DNA from: Eledone cirrhosa
Taxonomy: Eukaryota
NCBI GenBank assembly: GCA_964016885.1
Contig: OZ024741.1
Span: 55,924,001 to 55,988,000 of the forward strand
Direction: 5' to 3'
Length of the DNA stretch: 64,000 bases
Position 1 is the stretch's first letter; the number at the start of each line of letters is the position of its first letter. Made by a program: the position numbers and the translations under genes. The notes under the pieces are model-generated. The model was given only the letters and a program-made list of their open reading frames with translations, was not told where the DNA came from and searched no databases. Shown piece after piece: positions 10,806-23,482 of the stretch.

Positions 10806-13021
10806 TAGTTATTTGCCAAGTAGCGTATGCCAAAGATGCTCGATACTAGTGCCAGCAGTATTAAATATTCGAAGTGTTAATATTTAGTGGGCTAGAGAGT
10901 TAACAGAGCGTAAGCACGTGGGAAAGTAAAAAATCAGTGATGTAGTCCACGAGCGAAGTGGAGTGTCTTAATTTTTTATTTGTGAAAGAGTGGAGATGTG
11001 TTCGAAACCTAATTTTGAACGGGCTGGAGGTAGCCCCTATATAATGTTTAACGCTATTGTGGCTAGTTATAGTGCATCTATATATAGTCAAGGAGTATCC
11101 TCTAAGGGGGCAGCGTCCTCTGTCGCGGCAGTTGCAATTTCTGTCGCGGTTCCGTCTATTTCCCACGGTAAGGCTATCATTGTTGCTGCCTACGTTGTTA
11201 CCTACACTACCGCAGCTGTCGTTAGCACCATTACAACCCACAGCACGCGGGGTGGGGCGATTGTTATTCCGCACGTCATGTCCTGCATGTTCCCCAGTCA
11301 TTTCGTGGTTATGCTGGTTGCATCTGCGGATGCCGTTGCCAACACTATTGGATGCTGCCAGGGAGTTGTTAAGGCCGATATAGTTATTGTCAGGTGTCTG
11401 TGTCGAGGTGCTGTGTCTTGGTGATCTTACTGTGGTTCGTTGTTCCTATGATGTCTGCTAGGTTAGGAGTAGTAGAGAAGGATATTTTTATATTGTTCCT
11501 ATTAAGAATTTTTCTATACCTATGGTTGGGCGGGAAGTTTTTCTCTAAGTCTTCGAAGAACATCCGGGGTATGTTGGAGGCCACACTCCGAGAGTAGGGG
11601 GGGTGGAACCATAGGACGTTACGGTGGCGATTACGTGTCCTTGTACATTTGTTACAGGTTGTTCCATCTAGGTGGCCGCTCTTATGTGTGTTAATGCGCA
11701 GTCGCCCGTTAGGTGCCCTTTTCACTTTATGCTCGGGTGCACTCTTCCTACCTCTTCCATGTTTATGTACAGGTAGATGTTGGTTGGAAGGCGTTGGTAG
11801 TAGGCCGTCGCCTTTGTTGGTTTTGTAATAGGGGAATAGTTCGAGTAATCTACAGTGGTCACCGTCGGGGTTCGTGATCTTTAGTGCGGTTATCTATTCT
11901 ATTATATCCGACTTCAACGAGGTCGCTGCGTGATCGGTTATAGGTATGGCTTACTATAACGTTCATTTTATGAGGGGGGTGGTTTCTAGAGCTAGCGTTA
12001 GGGATGTAGGAAACTCCTCGGTTAAAGCCGGCGCTTATCAAGGCCTTATTGTAGTAATCTGCCGCTTGGTTGAAGATAACAATGATAGCCTTACCGTGGG
12101 AAATAGACGGAACCGCGACAGAAATTGCAACTGCCGCGACAGAGGACGCTGCCCCCTTAGAGGATACTGCTTGACTGATAGGGTTATATATAGATGCACT
12201 ATAACTAGCCACAATAGCGTTAAACATTATATAGGGGCTACCTCCGGCCTGTTCAAAATTAGGTTTCGAACAGATCTCCACTCTTTCACAAATAAAAAAT
12301 TAAGACACTCCACTTCGCTCGCGGACTACATCACATCACTAAAGGACTTAAACATCAGCTTCTCCACACACTGGGATATTGTCGGCAGGGCTACACCGTA
12401 CAACTTCAAGAGGAAATGCGATCTTTGCCTCATGGAGCTCTACCACATCATAACTGCACCCCACGAGCTCATCAACAGCAGAGCTGAAACAGCGATAAGT
12501 TGTACACATCGCTTAAAAATATCCTTCGTCAGATGGGTTAAGGATGAGGAGTGAAACCGTGCACCGGATCTCCCTGCAACAAGTCTTAACACCATGGCGG
12601 GCAGGCGCTGCAAAATAACACCCAGGAAACTATCCTTGCATACCAGACCCAGCCTCAAACGACTCAGACAAACAGATGCGGCAAAAAGAACTCTCAAAAT
12701 AAGCGTTGATTACATGCGTATCGACAATGGTAAGGTTGTAACCTCATCTCGTAGCGGATAAAAAAAATTTGTCCGGGAAAGACTGCCCTAACACCGACCA
12801 GAGTTACCTCCCTTGACCTGCTGCAAAATCAAAACAAGCTATTTCTGCGAGCAATGAACCTTGACGTGGATTTAACCCCAAAAACTCTTTCCGAGCAATG
12901 TAAGGAACACTTTTGATTATTTATGCCCTTGAGAAGCCCAACTGGGCGAAACGTACGTAGGTGCTGTTTTAAATAAACATGTTTTAACGGTCTATTCTCC
13001 GATTTCTTACTTTCCCACGTG
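10806..13021. mobile_element. Penelope-like retroelement with inverted structure (minus half about 12077-10806, plus half 12078-13021)
   Basis: GIY-YIG endonuclease CNCRDRGRCPLRGYCL..VIYRC...YIGAT..FKIRF...CDLCL...CTH on plus; IFNQAADYYNKAL and LWFHPPYS...KILNRNNIKISFSTTPN thumb/linker on minus. Confidence 0.88.
12925..12965 (+). ncRNA. Minimal hammerhead ribozyme motif (U3-A8 variant) in PLE terminal repeat
   Basis: GCCC-TTGAGAA-GCCC(AACT)GGGC-GAA-ACGTACGT-A-GGTGC: core, stem II, palindromic stem III, GUA triplet. Confidence 0.72.
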
Positions 13022-13963
13022 TATATATATATATATATATTCACACACACACACACATATATATATATCCGATTTTACCCAATTTTCTAAGCTATTATTT
13101 ATAGTAACTGACTGTATTTACAGTTATTTTATGCGTTTGAGATTCCTACGTTTTCTATGAAATAAATATATATTTTGTGAACTTATTCTGCTGTTTCTTT
13201 CGGTTCAAACGTTTAAGGGAGATAACTGTTGCATTTGTCACATTTATTTCCATGATTAAAAGAGGCACTCACTTTGTTCCAAGATCAATTGATAGGACTG
13301 TCTAATTTTAGAACAAGGTAAGCAATTCTAGGAGACAGGCAATTTGATTGATTATAATGATCCCCAGTTCTTGGTTGCTACTTTATTTTATCGACCCTGA
13401 GGAGGATGAAAGACAAAGTTGACCTGGGTGGGATTTGAATTCAGAGCGTAAAGAATTGGAACAAATACTAAACTACTCATGCTAGAGTGATTCTGACAAT
13501 CCACAGCCCTACTGAATGAGAATTGTGATGGAAAGGTATAGTTGATTATATCAACACCAGAAGACATAAAAAGCAAATTGGATCCTGTTTGCTATTTGAA
13601 CTCAGTCATTTCCCTTTCAACCCTCTTCTCCCTTTCTCCCCTCCTTCCTTACCATTTCTTTCTCTCTGTATTCAGAGAAATAAGTGCCAGTAATATACTC
13701 AAGTCAATGTAATTGATTCAAAGTGTCCTAACCTTGTGTTAAAGTAAAAAAATATTTGTAGAGGCAAAAGAGAGTGAGGAAAAGAAACAGAGGCAAAGAG
13801 ACAGAGAAAGAGAGAGTGAGAAAGAGAAAAAGAGAGTCTGATGGTCATACAGACATAAACTTGCAAAGAAGCAGAGGGAGAGAATAAAAGAAAAAAGAGA
13901 AATAGAGGCAGTAAAAGAGAAATAGAGCTATAGAAACAACAACAATATATATATAAGACTTAC

Positions 13964-14104
13964 ATCAGGTTTCTTTATCAATGTTCCCAATAACAATTTA
14001 CGATTATTAGAAGAACTGATCTTTGGTTCCAGATGTCCTCTATCTTCAGCACCCACTTCTTCACCCAGTAAATGTATGATATAAACCTCCAGTTTAGGAA
14101 GACT
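13964..14104 (-). CDS. COASY: CoA synthase exon (end of PPAT domain and linker)
   Basis: Not in the ORF track; read manually: ctag|SLPKLEVYIIHLLGEEVGAEDRGHLEPKISSSNNRKLLLGTLIKKPD|gtaagt, 141 nt, phase 0/0, with the KISSS motif. Confidence 0.92.
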
Positions 14105-14332
14105 CTAGATGTAAGAGAGAAAATGAAACACAGAAATATATATGTGAAGCTATTTGTGTCATTACCATCATCATAACTATTACTGTTTAACATTTAATGT
14201 CTATTTTTCTGTGCTTGCAACTGAAAGCCATTCTGAAAGAAGCATTCCATACAAGCTTCAAATAGTAGGATTGCTGAGCTGCATGGAGTAGCAATTGAAC
14301 CCCACCAGATATAAATGTTTTCCCCAGTTTAA

Positions 14333-14551
14333 CCCTTTAGCATTTAAACCGACCATATCCGGCCGGAATTCTCTCACCTCTTTCTGTTCAAATCAGCTGT
14401 AACTGGCCACTCATACTGATTTTAAGGTATTGTTCTCAAAATAAATAATATAAAAATCTCAGATTCGATACTACGTGAGATAGTTATGTGAGGTAAAGTG
14501 TTTACCGTGAAAATACAATAGTAAATATAGAGTAATGTAAATGCTAAAGGG
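14333..14551. mobile_element. piggyBac-like MITE
   Basis: TTAA|CCCTTTAGCATTTA ... TAAATGCTAAAGGG|TTAT. Confidence 0.75.
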
Positions 14552-14844
14552 TTATGGTAGAATACCTTTTCAAAAGACTTCATACACTGTCTCATTTTAT
14601 TTTTACAATAACAAATGAACCTCTACATGCTCACTCAGTTTGTGAGAAATAACAGCCAAATCTTCCCCAAATCACAACCTACCAATTTAGAAAAGAATAT
14701 ATTGGATAATGTACCTCTGTATTCATTTTGTTTAGGAAAAAATATCAGCTTGATCAAGACTGACATGGGTTGAAACTGACAACAGGCTTTCTCTTGAAAT
14801 GAAACAATGTTTACAAAAGAAAAACAAAAAAAAAAAAAGGTTAC

Positions 14845-15059
14845 CCTTTTTAATCTTTCTGCATTTATCATTGTGGCCCCTATTTTTGTCTCTTCAGTAA
14901 CCACCAGGCAGTTCATTGTTTCATCAGTAATTGTGGGTCCATACATCTCATATAGCGGTACTAATACCAGTTTCACAGTTGGCTTAATATCCGCAATGAA
15001 ATCCCGGACAGAGTTCATTCGAGTTGTCAATGGTTCAAGCAATTCACTCAGCACCTTCC
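14845..15059 (-). CDS. COASY: CoA synthase exon (PPAT domain)
   Basis: caacag|GG completes the AGG codon from the previous exon; KVLSELLEPLTTRMNSVRDFI...MYGPTITDETMNCLVVTEETKIGATMINAERLKR; donor GTAACC at 14844. Confidence 0.93.
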
Positions 15060-15256
15060 CTGTTGGATGATGTTGTTATTGTAAGAGTTGATGGTCATGG
15101 GAGGAATATCAATGATGGTGGTGGTGGTCATCGTCGTGGTGACAGCAGCAGCAGTGGTGGTGGTGGCAGCAACAGCAGTGGAGTAGTGGTGGTGGTGGTG
15201 GTGATGGTCGTGGGTGGAGTGGAAGAATAAATAGATTTTAAAATATATATAAATAT

Positions 15257-15730
15257 CATGTCACTGGACCGAGATCTTTGGCGTTACGCAGTAATACAGA
15301 AGACCCACCTTGCCTATGTACAAAGCAAAACCTACAGACAGTAGGCACCTCTTAACCAAATATACACTCCAATCCACTACCCACACCCTATCCTCCCACT
15401 CCCACCAACACCACTCTTTCTCTGTAAAGTTGTTACTACAACATCCAGTTCAAATAAATGAGATATCAAGATCAAGATCATGTAGGTGTCATGACAAAAA
15501 AACACACAGTCCACGTTGTAATGTGGCCGTGTAGGTAACACGGTAAAAAGTTCCCAGTTCCACACTGTAAATGTGGTTGGTGTTAGGAAGGGCATCCAGC
15601 CGTAGAAAAGCTGCCAGATAGTCCTATATGAGCAAGACACAGTCACCCGACCAACCTTGCCTCAAGTGAGACAACTCCCGTCTAACCCATGCTAGCATGG
15701 AAGATGGATGTTAATCGAAGATGATGATGA
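15257..15730 (+). mobile_element. RTE family A 3' end
   Basis: Last codons (SLDRDLWR), 3'UTR and GAT tail. Confidence 0.85.
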
Positions 15731-16236
15731 TCATACCATATTTCAATAGTAATACACTACATCGACAGTCGATTGACAAGATCCCAGACCTCATTTGCTT
15801 AACGAGTGGGGTAGAGCTCATCTAATCGGACTGAGGAAACAATGTTTCCATTGGTCTTTCCCACTGCTAATACTATCTGTTGGTCGCAATTCCAGGGCTG
15901 GGATCTCGTCAATCAACCTCTTTCCTATACACTACAATACATTGTAATACTATACTACCACACCATACTGCTACTCTACTACAATATATTCAACTACACA
16001 CAACCTCAACATTATCACACAGTGTTCCTTCATGGTCACAAAACTGACAACAATAAAGATAACAAACACAGTTACATACACGACTAAGCTCTTGCTGTTT
16101 CAACAGCTAATTCCAGGCCCTGATTCTTTCTAATATAGTTACACTCTAGTATCCCAAGTATTGAGTACCAGTTTAACACTGATATTAGTAAAACACTGAT
16201 ACTAGTAAAACCCTGATATATATATATATATATAAC

Positions 16237-16535
16237 AAATTTAATATAGAAATGGCTTCTACAGGACTAGAACTGTTTCATTCGAAGGAAATCATCAGGA
16301 AAGCCGACTTGCATTGTAAAGCAGTGGTGTTTGTACGTTTTCTGGTGGTCAGGGAAGGTGGTGATTTTAATAGTTTTTTCAAAGAATCCCAGTTCTTTAA
16401 AATCCCTCAGCCAATGAAAATCAGCACCAGAAAACATACAAATACTATTGCATTACAATGCAAGTCAGCTTTCCTGATGATTTCCTTCGAATGAAATAGT
16501 TCTAGTCCTGTAGAAGCCATTTCTATATTAAATTT
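16237..16535. repeat. Foldback inverted repeat (about 111-bp arms) carrying a hammerhead motif in each arm
   Basis: 16237-16347 vs 16425-16535, with scattered substitutions. Confidence 0.9.
16254..16305 (-). ncRNA. Type I hammerhead ribozyme motif
   Basis: GGCTTTC-CTGATGA-TTTCCTTCGAAT-GAA-ACAG(TTCTAGTC)CTGT-A-GAAGCC; stems I and III pair, stem II is weak. Confidence 0.65.
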
Positions 16536-17221
16536 TTTATATACACTCTACTAATGTATTGAGTACCTTACTTACTGTGGTTACCCCTGATTGAACTTGG
16601 GACTCACATATATATATATATATATATGATGTGAAAAATATAAACAAGATATCAGGAAAAACTACATAATATTTGTTGAAGTTTGAAGAAACTTTTACGT
16701 TACAATAGAGTCTCTACCAAATGTTAGAGTATAACAATATCTGTTTCAACACACGTTTTCACATAAAAAAATCTTGCAAAACAGATACAAAATCAAAGTA
16801 TATATCATCATCATCACCGTTTAGCATCCATTTTTCCATGCTTGTATATGTGTGCCAGGAAATACCAGCTGAAGGAAGCTGCAGTAGAGGTAAACCAAGA
16901 AAGATCTGAGCAGAGGTGGTGAGCACTGACCTCAAATTGCTGAGACTCACCGAGGAGAAGATGAAGGAACGCAGCGAGTGGTATGACATTGTACTGAGAA
17001 CTCGTTCAACCCATGCAAGCCAGACATAAAAATGATGATGATGATGTATATATATATATATATAGATGGATGTTTGTTTTGTATGTGTATGTAAATGAAC
17101 ATTTGAATATGTATGAATGTATGTAGATGTCTAAATGTGTATATTTGAACATGCATATGTGTGTGTATATATGTAGTGCTGGCAGTAATTAGTGAAATCA
17201 CAAAAAAAAAAAAAGAATTAC

Positions 17222-17903
17222 TTGCAGCAAAGTCTCCATCTGTTATTCCTATCATGATAGCACGGGATGAGAGGAGACACGCTTTGGTGAGCAATACTTT
17301 GTGTCCTGCATGCAGCCGGTCAAAGGTTCCACCAAGTACAACATGATCATATGTTGTTGTTACCACATGTGCTGGCTCTGAGTCATCTTCAACTGCTCCT
17401 TGTGAAGTTTCAACATTTGGTAATGTTGAAACTGTCAGTGAAAGTGGCACAATATTTTCCAAGTTCTGGCCCAGTTCACACTTGGGAAAACAATGAGCAA
17501 CATCGTGCAAAAACCTCTGTTTGTAGTTGGCATCAGATGTGACAAAGTCATGTAGTATAATGTCAAAGTTCCGTGAAGATTGGTAAGTTTGGCTGTTGGA
17601 ACTAGATGATGTAGTGGTGGCAGTACTGAAAGAATCCAAGATTATCCGAAGATCTGTTTGCTTGAAGAAGGCTCCATTTGTTTGATAAAACTGTTGCATC
17701 AAGTGGAAAGCATCTTCTGTCGGTGCAACTCGCTGCAGCCTAAAGACTGCATTGGAACTGGGTGATGAGGGTTTTTGCATTGGCTGCAGTTGAATGTAGA
17801 GCGAGCTCTTTGCATAGCGTTCAGTTGCTTGCAAGATCGCATGTACTCTTGATTTTAACTTTGGAATTGGTGAAGTAAGCAACAACAACACAGAACGAGA
17901 CAT
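17222..17903 (-). CDS. COASY: CoA synthase, first coding exon (N-terminal region and start of PPAT domain)
   Basis: ATG at 17903 (ACCATG); reads MSRSVLLLLTSP...YDHVVLGGTFDRLHAGHKVLL (HxGH nucleotidyltransferase motif); donor A|GTAATT at 17221; acceptor tttctttag|G at 17954; 682 nt, ends phase 1. Confidence 0.93.
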
Positions 17904-18019
17904 GGTGTTGGATGAATTTCTTCCCCTTGACACCAAATTGCCAAAATCTTTGTCCTAAAGAAATGAGAAAATAGGTTACATGTTAGAAAAACAAAAGATA
18001 AAATTGAAAGAGAGAGAGA

Positions 18020-18515
18020 GAGACTTTTGAATCAATACTACATTTGTTGTTAGTCTTATGTTTTTCAGGAATCTTTCTATTCTGTTGTTAACAGTCCCTA
18101 ATGCACCAATAACAATGGTGGTTATTCTTGTAGAGACAATCCACAATCTCCTTAACATGATCCTGGTACCTTTCAATTTTTCCTGCTCTTTGTTGGTCTT
18201 GTTCATGTCAGCAGGAATGTCTATGTCAGCAATAATACATACTTTAGACACTTCGTCTATAACTAGGTCAGGTTTTCTAGCCTATATCTTGTGGTCTGTC
18301 TGGATTGTGAAATACCAAAGTACTTTGAACTTGTCGTTTTCAACTACATCTTCTGCTTGGTGTTGATACTGTTTGCTGCTCACTTCAAACTGTTGTTCAT
18401 GCAATAAATCCCATTATAGTGCCCTAACTACACATCATGGCGACATTTATACTCTTTCTGTGCTAAGCAATTACAACCACTTACAATGTGGGTTATTGAT
18501 TCATCCTCCTCATAT
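18020..18515 (-). mobile_element. Dong/R4-like LINE 3' fragment (restriction-like endonuclease)
   Basis: CIIADIDIPADMN...KEQEK...IVIGALG C-terminal motif. Confidence 0.75.
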
Positions 18516-18580
18516 TTATCATTATTATTAGAATTATTATTAGGAATTATATAATGTCAACGAAATTATTATCTAAAAAA

Positions 18581-19005
18581 GGCGGTGGATTGGCAGTATC
18601 GGTAGAGGGTCGGACGCCATGCTTTGCAGCATAGTTACGTCCCTTTACGATCTGAGTTCAAATCTCGCCGAGGTTGACTTTGCCTTTCATCCTTACGGGG
18701 GCGATAAAATAAAGTACCAGTAATGCACTGGGTAATGCTGGCCTTGTGCCTAAAGTAGAAACAATTATTATTATTATTATTATAAGGGCAGTGGATTGGC
18801 ATCATCGATAGAGCATCGAACACCATATTTTACAGCACAAAGTTACGGCCCTTTACGTTCTGGGATCAAATCTCGCCAAGGTTAGCTTTGCCTTTCATCC
18901 TTACTGGGTCAATAAAATAAAGCACCAGTCACAAATTGGGTCGATTTAATCAACTTTCCTCTCCCCCCAAATTGCTGGCCTTGTGCCTATAAATCCTTAT
19001 CATTA
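18581..19005 (+). mobile_element. Two tandem Deu/Nin-type tRNA SINEs
   Basis: GGCGGTGGATTGGCAG head, GAGTTCAAATC B box, CTTTGCCTTTCATCCTTACGGGG.CGATAAAATAAAGTACC central domain, (ATT)n tail. Confidence 0.8.
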
Positions 19006-19679
19006 TTTGTCATAAGAGCAACATAAATAAAAAACATTTAAATACACAAAACAAAGACAAACTATTTAATATAGTTGTATGTGTATGCATATGTAAATAT
19101 GTCATTTTCACCTGATATCTCAATCTGCGCCCCTCCACCATCACCACAACTACCTTCAAAATACAGAACATGCTCCGTACTCTACTCCCCGTTTCTCTAC
19201 CCTTATCGCCAAAATAAAACAAACATCTCCATCCAGATAAGATAGTGTTACTGTTTTTGTTGTAGTTGATATTGTTATTGCAGTTAACAGTGCTTATCAC
19301 AAAGACTTTTGTAGCAGCCTAGAGCTATATTAGTGTGTGTGTATATATGTTATGTAGCCATAGGTCATCTCTGACTAAGAACAAGGTAGGTACTATACTG
19401 AGGTTTGTGACCTGTAGACCATATTTCTGGTCACCTAGGTAACAGAAGCTATTCACTACTTCTAGGGAGTCCTCCAAGAATTTGTAAGAATATATTTTAT
19501 AACTGCTCTTACTGCTATCAATGTATACAACAGCTGCACAAGAGATGTGATGAGATCATGGTAGGATGACAAAGGAGACTGTATAAGAGATACGCAAGTG
19601 TTGATAGCAGTAAAAGCATCCATAAAATATATTCATAAATGCTTGGAGATCTCCATAGAGGTAGTGAATAGCTTCTGTT

Positions 19680-20005
19680 ACCTTCTTGTTTGCAGACTTA
19701 TTCCTGAGAGGCTCGTAGGAGTAGAGTCCTCAATCACTCCTTCCAGCAGGACTTGTCAGAAGCAGCCATCTCCAACTGATACAGCTGGATCCCCAAGCAA
19801 GACCAACCAAGCTCATGGATGTTATCCAACCATGTTGTTCAGGGTCTACCCCTGTGTCTCCTGCCAGTTGGTTTTGCCCAAAAAATCTGTTCAGTGATTC
19901 TTTCCTGAGACATTCTAACTACATACCCATAGTATCGGAGCTGTTATCTTTCAATTTGGAGAAGTAGTGGCTCTACCTGGAGTGACTCTCTGAATACCAT
20001 TACTC
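19680..20005 (-). mobile_element. RTE family B 3' end
   Basis: Similar to 35452-35820 and 26440-26720. Confidence 0.7.
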
Positions 20006-20274
20006 CAAAGACCGTGACTAAATTAGCAGTGAAGCAGGGTATTCCAAAAGCAAAGTAACCAAAGTAAAACAAGGTGAGAAATATTTAGGGTGTTACTACA
20101 CTAATACCTCTGCTGACAACAAAGGCATTCTCTGAAAAGTAAATTGTATGATGCTTGTTTATGAAGTGTGATGTTGCATGGTAGGAGAACATGGACAATG
20201 TATTCAGAGGAGATGTGAAAACTTTCTGTGAAGTTCAGCTGAAATGAAGTTAGCCCTCTTACAAGGGTTCATTT

Positions 20275-20565
20275 GAATTCAAGAGCTCTACATTTCTTTA
20301 TGCAGCTGTCATCCTTCATATGCAATACATGTCCATACCATTGCAGTCTCCTCTCCTGCACACTGCACCTGATGCCTCTTATACCCAGTTTTTTGCTCAG
20401 CTCATTGATATTTCATTGCTCATGTGTACTACCATTACACTTCCATCGGAGCATGCTCACCTCATTTCTTTCCAATCTTTGTAAGTCCTCCATACACAAA
20501 GCCCAAGTCTCACTACCATGTAGCATTGCCGTTCACATACAAGCACCATAGTCTGCCTTTCACTC
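20275..20565 (-). mobile_element. RTE family A-related fragment
   Basis: Degenerate LHGSETW...RRLQWYGHV on minus strand. Confidence 0.75.
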
Positions 20566-20612
20566 TGGGGACGAGCAGCACCTTTGTAGCTAGAGGTGAC
20601 ACACACACACAC

Positions 20613-20719
<107 letters not shown>

Positions 20720-21559
20720 TACATACATACATACATGTGTATGGGTGGAGAGCTAAAATAAAATGATATAGCCATTACAGTAATTTAAAATGATCTTTTT
20801 CATACAACCTGCTATAAAGGTTTTATTACATTATGTCTTACATAAACTAGGAAAATACAGGATGGTTACGACAGAAATGTCTTTAATCATAAGTCAGCAC
20901 AATCAGGTAACAACATAAAACTTCAAAGCTATGGACTGTAACAATGCTGAAAGCACTGCCTTCAAGAGGTTTTAAGTCTATCAAATCTACCCCATTAATT
21001 TATTCTAGTCTGATATTTATTTTATGTGTTTTATGTGTCTAACTTCTAACAGACACACATGGGTCACAACGTGAACGAAACCAGATTCCAAACTAATGTA
21101 GGCACAATGACGGATATCCCCACATGATGAATGTCCCCATATGACGGATGTCTGCAATTTCCGTCGACCATGTGTTCTAAGATACGTGCCTATGATACAT
21201 GATGCCGGGCAGTAAAATTCAATGAGGATCTACGTGACTCATCTATATAGATATTCGGATATATATGACCTGATTCTCTCCCAAAGGGTCAGCCCGTCCT
21301 ACGCATGCTAGCGTGGAAAATGGACGTTAAACGATGATGGTGACACACACACACACACCTATATATACTGTTTCTTAGGATGAAGTGCAGAATGGATGTA
21401 TTTTGTCAAGGCTAGGGAGTTGAATAACTGCTATCGATTAATCAGTATATCGATAAACTCTTAGTATATTTTGCCCTTTGAAACAATCGTAAAACAATGG
21501 ATTAATAACATTACAAATGCTTAGACAACATTATAAATAGCTCGCGATTCTTTCAGAAA

Positions 21560-21900
21560 GATATATTCTTTTAATGTTACAATATTAAAGAAAATGTAAA
21601 GGAAGGAGTGAACAACAGAGCCAACACTAGAGCAAAAGACAGCAACGTCGCGGGGGTACTGTGCAACCTCTCTAATGATTTTTGAGGCAAGCCAGCACAC
21701 TCGCAGCGTTGCCTCGAGTGATGGCGAGGCTGATGCGCTGAAATAGCCAAGCGCCCTCACGAGATTCGACAGTTACATCTATTAGGCGAGCCGCCAGTGA
21801 AGAGAGGAACCTCGCAGTCAGCGGCCCGACTCCCCCAAACGTCTCGAAAGCCACTGGCTGAAAAATGTAGCTGGCCGACAGATCAGAGTATTTGAGGGTC
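21560..21900 (-). mobile_element. CRE-like non-LTR retrotransposon 3' fragment
   Basis: KYSDLSASYIFQPVAFETFGGVGP...WLFQRISLAITRGNAASV resembles the CRE-clade endonuclease C-terminus. Confidence 0.7.
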
Positions 21901-22532
21901 TAAGAACTAAATCTTGTCCTATTTGTTTTCACTTTTTAATTATATATATATATATATGGTGGCTGCCAACTCGTTTTCGAGTACGGCCACTACTTTATAT
22001 CCATATAGGAGAACCCCTACCGATGCGCTGAACGAGTGTGACTTTTTAGTCCAGCCAGGGACTTGACACTTGTGACAATTATTGACACATAGTGCAGGGC
22101 CCATGGTACTATGTGACGACAAGTGCAGAGAGATCTCCAGATATAAAGCAATGCCTGTGCCGTGAAGCTTTTATAGTGAGCAAAGGCACTACACAAAGCC
22201 AGTCCCACTCGCTTAACCAAGATGATATTTACCAAAAAGAAGAACAAGTCAACATCATTGGATACCATCAGGGTTGCAGGTGTTATATCAGAGTTTATTC
22301 TAGAATTCTGCCTTGACAAAGGCTAAGGGGTCATCTCTCCCAGTGATTTTGGAGCTCTTAAGAGCTCCTTTGCCCTTTGACAGGTTTTGTTTTTAGTCCT
22401 GCAGGATGTCCAAAGTCACCGTCCTCACCAAGAAACCTTGGTGGAGTTGCCAGTTTAGTTGCCAACGACCCGACCATGAGACCGGTTGTACTGGGATACA
22501 TGCTACCAGTAGCACCAACTGGTGACCTGACA

Positions 22533-23393
22533 TCTATATATATAAAACTGTGGTTGTCTGTCTGTCTATCGATTTTTGGCACACATCTCCTCTTAGAATC
22601 TCTCACGGAATTGCACCGAAATTGCTATACTTGTACATTGAGCCCTAGCGAAGACATCGGGAAAAAAAAATGTCAAATTGACCCACCCTATGTGACGAAA
22701 TCGAATATAATGTATCGATTTTTGAGCGTAAGTTATCAGTTATTTCCCTTTGTTCTGTTTACATTGAGCGTCTTACGTAAAAAAATTACGCTGGCTTTAA
22801 CAGTTGTCGAGCCAGCAAAATATTGACCTGCAAAATTCACATGTTCGAACACTAAGCTTCCGTTTTGCTTCATTTCCATTTAAAAGCATTTTAAAACAAT
22901 ATTTTTACTTGAAAACAAGTCTATTTAAAGACTACGTAAAACAAGCAAATATTTTGTCGTTAGGCGTGCAGACAGACAGTCGTGCAGAGAGGTGATATAG
23001 GCGTGCAGACAGACAGTCGTGCAGAGAGGTGATATAGGCGTGCAGACAGACAGTCGTGCAGAGAGGTGATATAGGCGTGCAGACAGACATAACTGATAAT
23101 TTGGTTACGCTAATGTTTTTCTCTGCGTTGCAGTGTTTACATTTTCGATCTTTGTTAATAAATAACCAGTGCAGTTTCTATCCCCAGCATCCTCTTTTGT
23201 TATAACATTCGGGTTATCGTTATGTTTTCTTAACTTCATAAGGCATATTGTTGGTTGAGGGAATATTAATCAAAAACACCACATGCAAGTCTGCACAGTA
23301 GACACTACAGTTTTTAAGCCAAGAAAGAAACTTAACATTGTAACTTTAACACAGCTACTGAGCGACCCCGAGCAACGCCGGGCTTTACTGCTA

Positions 23394-23394
<1 letters not shown>
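22533..23394 (+). mobile_element. Non-autonomous Helitron
   Basis: A|TCTATATATATAAA start; 3' hairpin CCCGAGCAACGCCGGG then CTAG|T; no TSD. Confidence 0.82.
22961..23088 (+). repeat. 37-bp minisatellite, about 3.5 copies, inside the Helitron
   Basis: TAGGCGTGCAGACAGACAGTCGTGCAGAGAGGTGATA units at 22961, 22998, 23035, 23072. Confidence 0.95.

Positions 23395-23479
<85 letters not shown>

Positions 23480-23482
<3 letters not shown>

Noticed and set aside
11946-12900. Selenocysteine recoding or SECIS as reported for some Naiad PLEs
   Set aside because: Conserved Cys positions in the visible endonuclease are normal Cys codons; no in-frame TGA and no SECIS I can support
16947-17221. C-terminal part of the 329-aa ORF
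   Set aside because: Read-through past the GT donor at 17221 into intron and simple repeats; not COASY coding sequence
22961-23088. 37-bp repeats as a CRISPR array
   Set aside because: No spacers, head-to-tail units, eukaryotic Helitron context, no cas genes
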